From Candidatus Poribacteria bacterium (GTDB taxonomy: Bacteria > Poribacteria > WGA-4E > UBA9662), in the NCBI GenBank assembly GCA_036339735.1, contig JAYZAL010000019.1:42859-106858 (forward strand): a stretch of DNA of 64,000 bases. Direction: 5' to 3'. The notes under the pieces were generated by a model. The model was not told the DNA's origin and ran no database searches. It was given only the letters and a program-made list of their open reading frames with translations. The translations under genes and the position numbers were made by a program. Below, piece after piece: positions 1 to 8,870 of this stretch. How positions within the stretch are numbered: position 1 is the stretch's first letter; every line of letters starts with the position of its first letter.

Positions 1-330
1 CTGGAAGATATGTACTTCATTAACGGAACTACGGGGTGGGCTGTTGGTGAGAACGGCGTTATTTTCACCACTACCGATGGTAATAGTTGGAAAGCTTTGG
101 ATAGTGGAAGTGAGGAAAAGCTAAGAAGCGTTCGCTTTGTCTCTGCTAATACCGGTTGGGCTGTTGGTGGAGATATGGGGGTGAATGTCATATTACAGAC
201 TGAGGATGGAGGAACGACCTGGACTGAACAAAGTAGTGGTAAATTATTCGCTTACGACGTTTTTTCTCTTGACGCTAACAACGTATGGATTGCTGGACAA
301 AATGCCATCATCATGAAATATACTAAATAG
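1..330 (+). CDS. YCF48/BNR-repeat beta-propeller protein, 3' part (5' end outside window)
   Basis: Frame is open from base 1; repeats GWAVGxxGxIxxTxDGGxxW. Confidence 0.85.
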   Translation: MEDMYFINGTTGWAVGENGVIFTTTDGNSWKALDSGSEEKLRSVRFVSANTGWAVGGDMGVNVILQTEDGGTTWTEQSSGKLFAYDVFSLDANNVWIAGQNAIIMKYTK

Positions 331-341
331 AACTTGATATA

Positions 342-1505
342 ATGGTTTTTGCAACACGAATGGATCAGTTGGGAACAGAATCAGCTTTTGAAGTTCTCGC
401 AAGAGCTAAAGCATTAGAAGCTGAAGGACGAGATGTTGTTCATTTAGAGATAGGGCAACCCGATTTTTCCACACCTGATAATATCTGCCGGGCTGCCTAT
501 GAAGCCATGAAACAGGGACATACTGGATATGCTCCTTCTGCTGGCTTAGACGAACTAAGAAATACTGTCGCTGATCATATAACCCAAACACGTGGCGTTC
601 TAGTTAATGCATCAGAAGTTACCATAACGCCTGGCGCAAAACCCATTATTCTCTTTACGATGCTAGCGTGTGTCAATGCTGGTGATGAGGTAATATACCC
701 AGATCCTGGTTTCCCCATTTACCGCTCTCTTGTTGATTTTTTGTCTGCAGTACCCCGGCCTTTACCACTAAGAGAGTCAGTTGACTTTCGATTCCGAATC
801 GAAGACTTAGTAGACCTAGCATCTGATCGTACGAAACTCCTGATTATTAACTCTCCACAAAATCCCACCGGCGGTGTTCTAACAAGGGAAGACTTAGAAA
901 TTATTGCTGAGCTAGCCAACCGTCACGATTTTTATGTTCTGAGCGATGAAATCTATGCAAACTTGGTTTATGAAGGGCAACACGAAAGTATACTATCAGT
1001 GCCTGGTATGAAGGAGCGAACCATTTTACTAGATGGCCACTCCAAAACTTATGCTATGACTGGCTGGCGATTGGGCTATAGCGTGTCAACTTCAGAAATG
1101 TCGGAGAAAATAACTCGACTAATGATTAACTCCAATTCTTGTACAGCAACCTTCACACAAATAGCAGGTGTAGAAGCACTGAAGAACTCTTCTGATTTTG
1201 TAGATCTGATGTTTGGCGAATTCCAGCGTCGTCGTGAAGTAATTGTTGATGGCCTTAATTCTATTGAAGGCATTAGCTGTATCCGACCACAGGGTGCTTT
1301 TTATGCATTTCCTAATGTTAAAAACTTACCTTTACCTTGTAGTGAACTTTCTAATTACCTTCTCAATGATGCTGGCGTGGCTGTTTTATCGGGCGATTCT
1401 TTTGGAGAGATGGGAGATGGATACTTGAGAGTATCCTATGCTAACTCAATAGAAAATATTCAAATTGCCTTAGATCGAATACAGGAATCTTTAGCAAAGT
1501 TGTAG
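342..1505 (+). CDS. PLP-dependent aminotransferase class I/II (aspartate aminotransferase-like)
   Basis: GQPDF, NSPQNPTG, SDEIY and SKTYAMTGWRLG motifs. Confidence 0.93.
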   Translation: MVFATRMDQLGTESAFEVLARAKALEAEGRDVVHLEIGQPDFSTPDNICRAAYEAMKQGHTGYAPSAGLDELRNTVADHITQTRGVLVNASEVTITPGAKPIILFTMLACVNAGDEVIYPDPGFPIYRSLVDFLSAVPRPLPLRESVDFRFRIEDLVDLASDRTKLLIINSPQNPTGGVLTREDLEIIAELANRHDFYVLSDEIYANLVYEGQHESILSVPGMKERTILLDGHSKTYAMTGWRLGYSVSTSEMSEKITRLMINSNSCTATFTQIAGVEALKNSSDFVDLMFGEFQRRREVIVDGLNSIEGISCIRPQGAFYAFPNVKNLPLPCSELSNYLLNDAGVAVLSGDSFGEMGDGYLRVSYANSIENIQIALDRIQESLAKL

Positions 1506-1506
1506 T

Positions 1507-2481
1507 ATGGCAGAAATCTACCTGTCGGCCACAGCGAAAATTCCGGCCAGTACAACTAATCTGGGTCCTGGTTTCGATGTATTAGGGATTGGTTTATCAC
1601 TATATAGTCAGGTTATCTTGGAAGAGAAAGCTAGTGAGACTAAAATCATCTGTCTAGGTAAAGATTCAGAAAAAATTCCTATAACTCCAGATAACATTGC
1701 GTATCAGGCTGTGATGAAAATTTTCGATCATTTCGACTATCATCCGCCAGGTATTCAACTCACTATTAATAATGGAATCCCTGCAATTCGAGGCTTAGGT
1801 GGAAGTGGTACAGCCATTCTTGGTGGTTTACTAACGGCAAACTTGATTTGTCATAAAAGACTTGGAACTGAATCACTGAGTAATTCAGAAATTTTGTCTT
1901 TTGCCACTGAGTTTGAGGGGCATCCCGATAACGTGGCTGCGTCTTTATTTGGTGGAGTCGTCGTTTCTGCAATGGAACATTCAAATAAAGATCGTCTTCC
2001 ATCAATCAAGAGTATCAAGTTACTGCCCCCATCCGATTTACGTCTAATAATAGCTATTCCTGACTTCACACTCCCAACCCAAAAAGCTCGTAACATACTA
2101 CCGAATTCGGTTAACTTCTCGGATGCGGTTTTCAATATTGGTCGATCATCTCTACTAGTAGCAGCATTAGCGACTGGTAACTTAGATCTACTAGCAACAG
2201 CTATGCAAGATCAGTTGCATCAGCCATACCGTGCAAAGCTTATTCCTGGTTTTAACGAAGTTATTGAGGCAGCTATGTCCGCAGGAGCTTTAAGTGTTTC
2301 TTTGAGTGGTGCAGGACCGACAATGATCGCATATGCACGTTCTTCATCAAATACTAACGAAATCTCTGAAAAGATGGCATATGCATTTAAAAATAACGGT
2401 CTAAGCAGCCAAACACAAATACTTTGTGTGGATACGAATGGTGCAGAGGTAGGTTCACCTTCTATAAAATCCAGTCGTTGA
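1507..2481 (+). CDS. thrB: Homoserine kinase
   Basis: PASTTNLGPGFDVLG, GHMP loop PAIRGLGGSG, EGHPDNVAA, LHQPYR, LSGAGPT. Confidence 0.93.
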   Translation: MAEIYLSATAKIPASTTNLGPGFDVLGIGLSLYSQVILEEKASETKIICLGKDSEKIPITPDNIAYQAVMKIFDHFDYHPPGIQLTINNGIPAIRGLGGSGTAILGGLLTANLICHKRLGTESLSNSEILSFATEFEGHPDNVAASLFGGVVVSAMEHSNKDRLPSIKSIKLLPPSDLRLIIAIPDFTLPTQKARNILPNSVNFSDAVFNIGRSSLLVAALATGNLDLLATAMQDQLHQPYRAKLIPGFNEVIEAAMSAGALSVSLSGAGPTMIAYARSSSNTNEISEKMAYAFKNNGLSSQTQILCVDTNGAEVGSPSIKSSR

Positions 2482-2543
2482 TTTCTGTACAAACAAGTAA
2501 CAAATCCACTCATCTTCTAAGCTTTTGCTATATTTAATTTAAA

Positions 2544-5360
2544 TTGCGATCTGATATGATAGACTGGTCTACAAAGACAATCCCTAATCTCCTACATGAT
2601 TTAGATACAGACATAGACAGGGGGCTGTCTGCCGACGAAGCGGCGAAAAGACTTATACAAAATGGCAAAAATAGCCCAGTTGGTAAATCCTTTATTGGTG
2701 AAAGTTTTTTTAGTTGGTGTGTGAATCAACTCCCACTTTTATTACTTTACTCAGGGGCACTTTTCCTTCTTATTATTCCTCATTTTTTGGCAAAATCAGA
2801 ACAATTATCTTTAGAAGTCATCTCGAGTACTATTTTTATTAGTATTGTCTTTTTTGTAAAAATCTCACTTCGAATTTATCAAAGACAAAAAATAATATCA
2901 AATAGACAAAAAATATGGTCAGCCTCCGAAGTTCAGGTGCCTGTGATGCGAGATGGAACAATTGTTTGGTTACTACCCCATCTGGTCGTTCAAGGTGATT
3001 TACTATTGCTATTTCCCGGTGGATATGTCGCAGCAGACGCGCGAATTGTTGAAACTGAAGAAATGGTCTCAGATGAAAGTCCGATTTTTCGTCGATCGGT
3101 ATTTAGCACTAAAACAGCTGATGTTTTAGAACAGAGTAAACCTTTGACGGAACAAAGAAACATTTTATTCGGTGGAACTTATGTGATCGATGGACAAGGA
3201 CGAGCCATAGTAGTAGAAACTGGTAAGAACCTGCAAATCAATCAAAGACATCAGCAATCTAACTTGGAAAACGATGAATTAGAATCAGATGCTGAAAATA
3301 CTGGCAATTTCTTGACAAACAGCTTCACTATAATAGGCGTACTGATCTCATTGTTCTTTTTTGCCCTTTACTATTTTGCTCAACCATTTAGTTTTTGGTC
3401 TAGCCAAAGTCTATCGGAAATATTGATCAAATTGGCCCCAGTTTATAGCATTCTGTTAGTAGTAGTTCCGTTTGATCTTAAGCATTTGATTAATACAGGT
3501 TTAAACGAATCTGCTTACCGAATTTTTAAACATGGGGCTTCAATCCGAAAGTTGATTGATGTTGAACGACTGAGCAATTTGACAAGTCTTTGTATACAGC
3601 AAGCTACCAACTTTACTATGAATACCTTTTCAGTTTCTCATATCATAGTTGAGGGCCAATATATCGGCAAGTCAATTTGGAAACAGTTGAATTTAACAGA
3701 ACAAGAAATTACCAATTTAGAAGAAATAGAAAATGAGACAGTTATTAAACCAATGAATGAAGAAATACCTTCAACATTTCCTTGGTTATTATGGGGGGCT
3801 AGCCAGTGTATTAAACACACTACTCACCCAATTTTATCTCAAGATGGGACTGTTTTCCCAGAGATTGATGACTCCTTGACTTTACTACTAGAAGACTCTA
3901 TTCGAACAAATGAAATTGACCTGACGGAGTATGAGAACACCTACGAGCGCGTGGCACAAATTCCACAAACTGAAGACCATCCCTACACTTCATTACTATT
4001 CATGGCTAATACAACAGATAACGCACCTGCGGGGCAATTTTTACAACTCTCGTTCGGACCAATAGATGAAATTCTACATGCGAGCTGGGATATTCAGTTA
4101 AATCAAGGGATAAACCAGTTGACGGCTGACCAAAAGTTATATTTGTCGCAGCTATCCCGACAATTTTCCGTTGAAGAGAATGGACTTCCAAAACCATCTT
4201 ACACCCTAGGTTTTGGCTTCAGAAGCTTCGCAAACCGGCCCACACAAGAAGACATGTGGTCGGACTTGACATTCTTGGGAGCAATTGCTTTTCGCCAACC
4301 TAATTATATGGGTATTGAATCATCAATTAGCGAATGTTTATCATCAGGCATGAAAGTTATTATGATGTCAGACCAACCACCAGACCAAGCATCTGATGTT
4401 GCACATGAATTAGGTCTAATCCATGATTCGAACGCTGTCACAAGCGGCGAAGATTTGACAGCCATGGACGAAACCCAATACGATTCCATGGTTGAATTGT
4501 TATTAGTCTATTCCCAAACTTCAGCTGAGCAACGAAGGAACATTGTTCAGCATTTAAGAAGGCGAGGACATAATATCGGTTTTTGGGGGCAAAGCAACGA
4601 AGATTTGAGGACAATGAGAACCGCTAATATTAGCTTCGTTAGCGCAAACAATGTACCACATTTACTACAACGCAATTCAGGTGTGGTCGTTAATCAATTA
4701 GGCTTCGATGTCATAGTGAAAACTTTGCTAAAGGCTAGACAAGCATATGCGAACCTCAGGAATTGGGTACGTTGGTACCTATCTTGCGTTGTAGCTCAGT
4801 CTTTGACACTTGTGGCAGGATTAAGTATACATATCTTTGATCCTAACCGTTTCCCTTTGGTATTAGACCTTCCCCATTTATTCTGGATCAACCTATTAGT
4901 TATTGCTTTTCCATGCTTAGCGATTATTTACAAAAAAGATCATGGTAGCTTGATAAAAGACAAACCTGAAAAAACACCACCATTTCTGGTTAAGAATGTA
5001 TATTCTGACTTTGTTATGCGGGGCATAATTATTTCACTGATATCATTAGTCAGTTACGCATTCTCTGTCAATAGTAAGGGTGATTCAATTCAAACGGTTA
5101 CTTGTACTACGTTGATTTTCAGTCAGTTATTCTCTGTGTTCCAGTGTTTTCGGCACAAAGATGACAGATTGATCGAAGTTCTTCAGTCAAATATCTGGGT
5201 GCTGATGACTATATTGTTTAGTGTCATCCTACACATAACTATTATCAGCTTTCCATATCTACAAACGGCTATTGGCTTTACCAATATAACACACGAATGG
5301 CAGTGGATTATTCCCTTATCCATCTTGATGTTTCTACCTTTAAATCTTACGTCGCGATAG
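2544..5360 (+). CDS. P-type (P2A/Ca2+-like) ATPase homologue with degenerate catalytic motifs (probable pseudoenzyme)
   Basis: GLSxxEAxxRLxxxGxN start, A-domain, NILFGGT and WINL TM segment match the fold; DKTGT, TGES and GDGVND are replaced. Confidence 0.8.
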   Translation: MRSDMIDWSTKTIPNLLHDLDTDIDRGLSADEAAKRLIQNGKNSPVGKSFIGESFFSWCVNQLPLLLLYSGALFLLIIPHFLAKSEQLSLEVISSTIFISIVFFVKISLRIYQRQKIISNRQKIWSASEVQVPVMRDGTIVWLLPHLVVQGDLLLLFPGGYVAADARIVETEEMVSDESPIFRRSVFSTKTADVLEQSKPLTEQRNILFGGTYVIDGQGRAIVVETGKNLQINQRHQQSNLENDELESDAENTGNFLTNSFTIIGVLISLFFFALYYFAQPFSFWSSQSLSEILIKLAPVYSILLVVVPFDLKHLINTGLNESAYRIFKHGASIRKLIDVERLSNLTSLCIQQATNFTMNTFSVSHIIVEGQYIGKSIWKQLNLTEQEITNLEEIENETVIKPMNEEIPSTFPWLLWGASQCIKHTTHPILSQDGTVFPEIDDSLTLLLEDSIRTNEIDLTEYENTYERVAQIPQTEDHPYTSLLFMANTTDNAPAGQFLQLSFGPIDEILHASWDIQLNQGINQLTADQKLYLSQLSRQFSVEENGLPKPSYTLGFGFRSFANRPTQEDMWSDLTFLGAIAFRQPNYMGIESSISECLSSGMKVIMMSDQPPDQASDVAHELGLIHDSNAVTSGEDLTAMDETQYDSMVELLLVYSQTSAEQRRNIVQHLRRRGHNIGFWGQSNEDLRTMRTANISFVSANNVPHLLQRNSGVVVNQLGFDVIVKTLLKARQAYANLRNWVRWYLSCVVAQSLTLVAGLSIHIFDPNRFPLVLDLPHLFWINLLVIAFPCLAIIYKKDHGSLIKDKPEKTPPFLVKNVYSDFVMRGIIISLISLVSYAFSVNSKGDSIQTVTCTTLIFSQLFSVFQCFRHKDDRLIEVLQSNIWVLMTILFSVILHITIISFPYLQTAIGFTNITHEWQWIIPLSILMFLPLNLTSR

Positions 5361-5555
5361 CTGTCAATCTTATTCCAATAGAATCCAATAGGACTGATTA
5401 GAGACTAAATTAGATCTTGTTAGTCTAAATAAACATACGCGTATTTTGATTTGTTTTTACACACTTCAATATTTCTTGGTTAATTTATTTAGTTATAATG
5501 CCGGAAAGCATCAAAACTTTATTTCTCATATTTCATAAGCATCAAGGAGAAAGTT

Positions 5556-6314
5556 TTGACAATAACACCAACTACATTTAACATCCACCAACACTCTGAA
5601 CTCCGGTCAAAAATTACATCTGAGCAGTCATTAGGAATGGTTAAAATCCCCTCTGGCCACTTCGATATGGGGAGTCTAGAAAAAGATAATGAAGAACCAA
5701 TTCACAAAGTTGAAATTAGTTCTTTTTTAATAGATATAAGACCTGTTACTGTAGGTGAATTTCGCAAGTTTGTTGAAGCTACTCAGCGTAAACCACCTAG
5801 CTGGGACCATATTCTGATAGATTCTCCAACGGACGACCATCCTATCATTTATATAAGCTGGCGGGATGCCATGTCCTATGCAGAATGGGTGGGTAAACGT
5901 TTACCCACTGAAGCCGAATGGGAATATGCCGCTGGTGGTGGAATCAGTCAGTTAGATTTTAATTCGTTGGACAATATCAATTTCTATGGTCAAAAACGGA
6001 TGACCAATGTCGCTGGTGAGTATCCACCCAACGGCTATGGTTTATATGACATGCGAGGGAATGTATGGGAATGGTGCCTAGACGCTTATATCAAGAACGC
6101 ATATAATGATTGCAAGCGTCTAAACCCAATTATCTTGCCAAAAAGTGAGTTGGATAGAAAAGAATTAATGTTTACTAGCCTGTCAAGAGTGATCAGAGGT
6201 GGAAGTTGGAATAACTACGCGTTAGCAACTAGAATATCTTTTCGTGCTCATCAATCTCCACAACAATTCTATGATTACAACGGATTTCGCTGTGTCATGG
6301 ATACTGACAGCTAA
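5556..6314 (+). CDS. FGE-sulfatase (SUMF1/EgtB/PvdO) domain protein
   Basis: FDMGS, RLPTEAEWEYAA, GLYDMRGNVWEW, RVIRGGSW, GFRC; lacks the FGE catalytic Cys pair; AAGGAG upstream of TTG. Confidence 0.9.
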   Translation: MTITPTTFNIHQHSELRSKITSEQSLGMVKIPSGHFDMGSLEKDNEEPIHKVEISSFLIDIRPVTVGEFRKFVEATQRKPPSWDHILIDSPTDDHPIIYISWRDAMSYAEWVGKRLPTEAEWEYAAGGGISQLDFNSLDNINFYGQKRMTNVAGEYPPNGYGLYDMRGNVWEWCLDAYIKNAYNDCKRLNPIILPKSELDRKELMFTSLSRVIRGGSWNNYALATRISFRAHQSPQQFYDYNGFRCVMDTDS

Positions 6315-6324
6315 GGAAAAAACG

Positions 6325-7059
6325 ATGCTAACAAATAAGCAAATTGCTTCTTTTAAAGATGATGGTTTTTTAATTTTGGAAAATGCCATTGATCAGGATC
6401 TTCTCTCTAGTTGGCAAACAGAATTTTGGTATACTCTGGGTGGTAAATTTGAAGATGATGAAACTTGGCCTATAGACCAAACTTTCATCAGTAGATGGAG
6501 ATTTACACCACCTTATCCAAATATAGCTACAATACCAGCTGTTCAAGCGGCAGCTTATGATTTGGGTGGTGAGAATTTCTTTGGTGGCGGTGGTGCCCCC
6601 ATAATTAAATGGCCTTCTCAAAAGGCTAATTGGTCTATGCCTATGAGTAGCCATATTGATGGCTATGGAGGACCAGCACAACATCCTGCTGGCGGATTAA
6701 CCTTAGGCGCAACCATGTATCTCCATGACGTTGAAGAGAAAGGTGGTGGATTTATCTACTGGCCGGGTACTCACTTGAATGTACATGATTACTTTCGTGA
6801 GCGCCCAGAACATATTGATGGTAGTTTTCTAGATGCTGATGATTGGAACCACACTAAATTTTCTCATGGATCCAAACCAGTTGAGTTTGTAGCAGCAGCA
6901 GGAACAGTATTACTTTGGCATGGATTTTTATCCCATAATGGTTCAACTAATGTTCAAAATACTCCTCGGATTGGAATTTTTGGTCGGTGGCATTACACCA
7001 AATTGCAAGAGATGCGGTACGACATATTAGATGATTTGTGGAAACACTGGTCGATCTAG
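6325..7059 (+). CDS. PhyH-family 2-oxoglutarate/Fe(II) dioxygenase
   Basis: MLTxxQIxxFxxDGFL start, HID...H triad, WPGTH; ATG 6325 follows AAGGA. Confidence 0.85.
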   Translation: MLTNKQIASFKDDGFLILENAIDQDLLSSWQTEFWYTLGGKFEDDETWPIDQTFISRWRFTPPYPNIATIPAVQAAAYDLGGENFFGGGGAPIIKWPSQKANWSMPMSSHIDGYGGPAQHPAGGLTLGATMYLHDVEEKGGGFIYWPGTHLNVHDYFRERPEHIDGSFLDADDWNHTKFSHGSKPVEFVAAAGTVLLWHGFLSHNGSTNVQNTPRIGIFGRWHYTKLQEMRYDILDDLWKHWSI

Positions 7060-7085
7060 CTGATGGTCTGTTTGAGTTTTGTTTG

Positions 7086-7114
7086 TTGACAAGATTTTAA
7101 CATTGAAATATAAT
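7086..7114 (+). promoter_or_regulatory. Sigma70 consensus promoter
   Basis: TTGACA-17nt-TATAAT, perfect consensus, upstream of the LamG gene. Confidence 0.85.
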
Positions 7115-7152
7115 ACCACCCCTAAATTTATTATTTAAAATCAGGAGATTGC

Positions 7153-7956
7153 ATGAAAACATTCAGGTTTATTATTGTTGCTCTAGCTGTTTTGTTCGTG
7201 ATCGCACCACTGCTTCACCTCGCACAAGCTAAATCAACAGGGGGTCCTGAACCTTCTCTGATACTCTATTTACCTTTCGATGAAGGCGAAGGAAATATTG
7301 CTGGAGATTCCTCAAGGTATGGTAATCATGGTAACCTACAAGGAATGAAACCAAATTTGCCTAATTGGGTCGATGGTAAATTCGGTAAAGCCCTCGAATT
7401 CAACGGTCAAAATAATTGGGTTGAAGTTCCACATAAAGATATTCTATCTGTTGACAAGGCCGTCACAGTTATGGCTTGGATTAAGGCAAAACGCCATACA
7501 GGCGGATCAACCAAAGCTCAATGGGCCGGTGTTGTTACCAAAGGTAATAATCCAAGATCCTACAGTTTATATACTACAACAGATGGTGGTGGTGCCTTAC
7601 ACTTTAGCTCGATGGGCGGTTCTACCAGTGCATTGACAGTTGAGTTGAATAAATGGCAACACGTGGTCGCACAACACACTGGCAAATCACACATCTACTA
7701 CGTAAATGGTGAGCTAGCAGGTGAATTTGATGGTAAAGCAGCACTACCTGGTCTAAAAGACGATGCTAGTGTGATGATTGCTCGAAGCCACGAAGGTTCA
7801 CGTGAATTTGAAGGCATCATTGATGAAGTCAAGATTTGGAATCGTGTTTTAAGCGAAAAAGAAGTCAATCACCATATGAGCGTGGGTAAAGGTCAAGTCT
7901 CAGTTGAGCCGGAAGGTAAATTAGCAACAACTTGGAGCCAACTAAAACGCCTATAA
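7153..7956 (+). CDS. Secreted LamG/concanavalin A-like domain protein with C-terminal KLxxxW tail
   Basis: Signal peptide; LYLPFDEG, GKFGKALEF, WQHV, IDEVKIWNRVL; ends VEPEGKLATTWSQLKRL. Confidence 0.88.
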   Translation: MKTFRFIIVALAVLFVIAPLLHLAQAKSTGGPEPSLILYLPFDEGEGNIAGDSSRYGNHGNLQGMKPNLPNWVDGKFGKALEFNGQNNWVEVPHKDILSVDKAVTVMAWIKAKRHTGGSTKAQWAGVVTKGNNPRSYSLYTTTDGGGALHFSSMGGSTSALTVELNKWQHVVAQHTGKSHIYYVNGELAGEFDGKAALPGLKDDASVMIARSHEGSREFEGIIDEVKIWNRVLSEKEVNHHMSVGKGQVSVEPEGKLATTWSQLKRL

Positions 7957-7970
7957 ACTAAAACCTACTC

Positions 7971-8001
7971 AAAACGCGGCTCATCTGAGTCGCGTTTTTT
8001 T
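7971..8001 (+). terminator. Intrinsic terminator hairpin
   Basis: aaaacgcggctca-tc-tgagtcgcgtttt followed by T-run. Confidence 0.75.
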
Positions 8002-8012
8002 ATGGGAGGAAA

Positions 8013-8792
8013 ATGAAAAGTAAAATCTTTATCTTATTTTTGTTGGTAATGATCGTTTTTGTATCTAATTTTGCTCTAGCTGCTGAGTTAGAGAAAAATT
8101 TAGTCCTCTATTTGTCCTTCGATGAACTAGATGGGAAAAAAGTTGAAGACCATTCGATTCATGGTAATCATGGCGAAATTGCTGGCAAGCCCACATTAGT
8201 TGACGGAAAATTTGGTAAAGCCCTAAAATTAAATGGTAAAACGGACTGGGTCACGGTCGCACATGATAATAGCTTATGCGTCAGTAAAGCCGTTACAGTC
8301 ATGGCTTGGATCAATGCTGAATCACATAAAGGGGCAGGAACAGCCCAATGGGCTGGCATTTTAGCCAAAAGCAATAACCCGCGTTCCTACAGTTTCTACA
8401 CTACAACCGATGGCGGTGGAGCCTTACACTTTAGTTCCATGGGTGGATCTGTGTCCAATAAACCTGTAGAGCTAAAAAAGTGGCAACACGTAGTTGCACA
8501 AATGACTGAAAAGAAGGCTCATCGATACTATATAAACGGTGAATTAGCCGGTGAATTTGCTGGTAAAGGGGCTTTACCGGGCAAGGTCGATAATGCTGAT
8601 GTTTTTGTCGGAAAAACACATGAGGGTAATCGACAATTCGTTGGCACCATCGACGAGGTAAGAATTTGGAATCGTGAACTCAGCGCAAAGGAAGTCAAAG
8701 AACAAATGGAGTCGGGTCGACTGAAATTGTTGGGGGTGGATCCTCAACAGAAATTAACTTCGACATGGGGATTATTGAAGAAGGAAAAATAA
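8013..8792 (+). CDS. Secreted LamG domain protein, tandem paralogue of 7153-7956
   Basis: Signal peptide; shares NNPRSYSxYTTTDGGGALHFSSMGGS; ends VDPQQKLTSTWGLLKKEK. Confidence 0.88.
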   Translation: MKSKIFILFLLVMIVFVSNFALAAELEKNLVLYLSFDELDGKKVEDHSIHGNHGEIAGKPTLVDGKFGKALKLNGKTDWVTVAHDNSLCVSKAVTVMAWINAESHKGAGTAQWAGILAKSNNPRSYSFYTTTDGGGALHFSSMGGSVSNKPVELKKWQHVVAQMTEKKAHRYYINGELAGEFAGKGALPGKVDNADVFVGKTHEGNRQFVGTIDEVRIWNRELSAKEVKEQMESGRLKLLGVDPQQKLTSTWGLLKKEK

Positions 8793-8819
8793 CAGAAAAA
8801 GTTTCTCGCTTCGAAAGCA

Positions 8820-8854
8820 AAAAGGCCGTCTATATCTAGAATAGGTGGCCTTTT
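8820..8854. terminator. Probable bidirectional terminator
   Basis: aaaaggccgtctat...ataggtggcctttt between convergent genes. Confidence 0.7.
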
Positions 8855-8870
8855 CAATATGCACACACGA

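Noticed and set aside
5556-6314. True formylglycine-generating enzyme
   Set aside because: No cysteines after RGGSW, so the FGE active-site Cys pair is missing
6244-6324. N-terminal extension of the PhyH ORF
   Set aside because: Overlaps the upstream gene; ATG 6325 has an SD and the family-typical start
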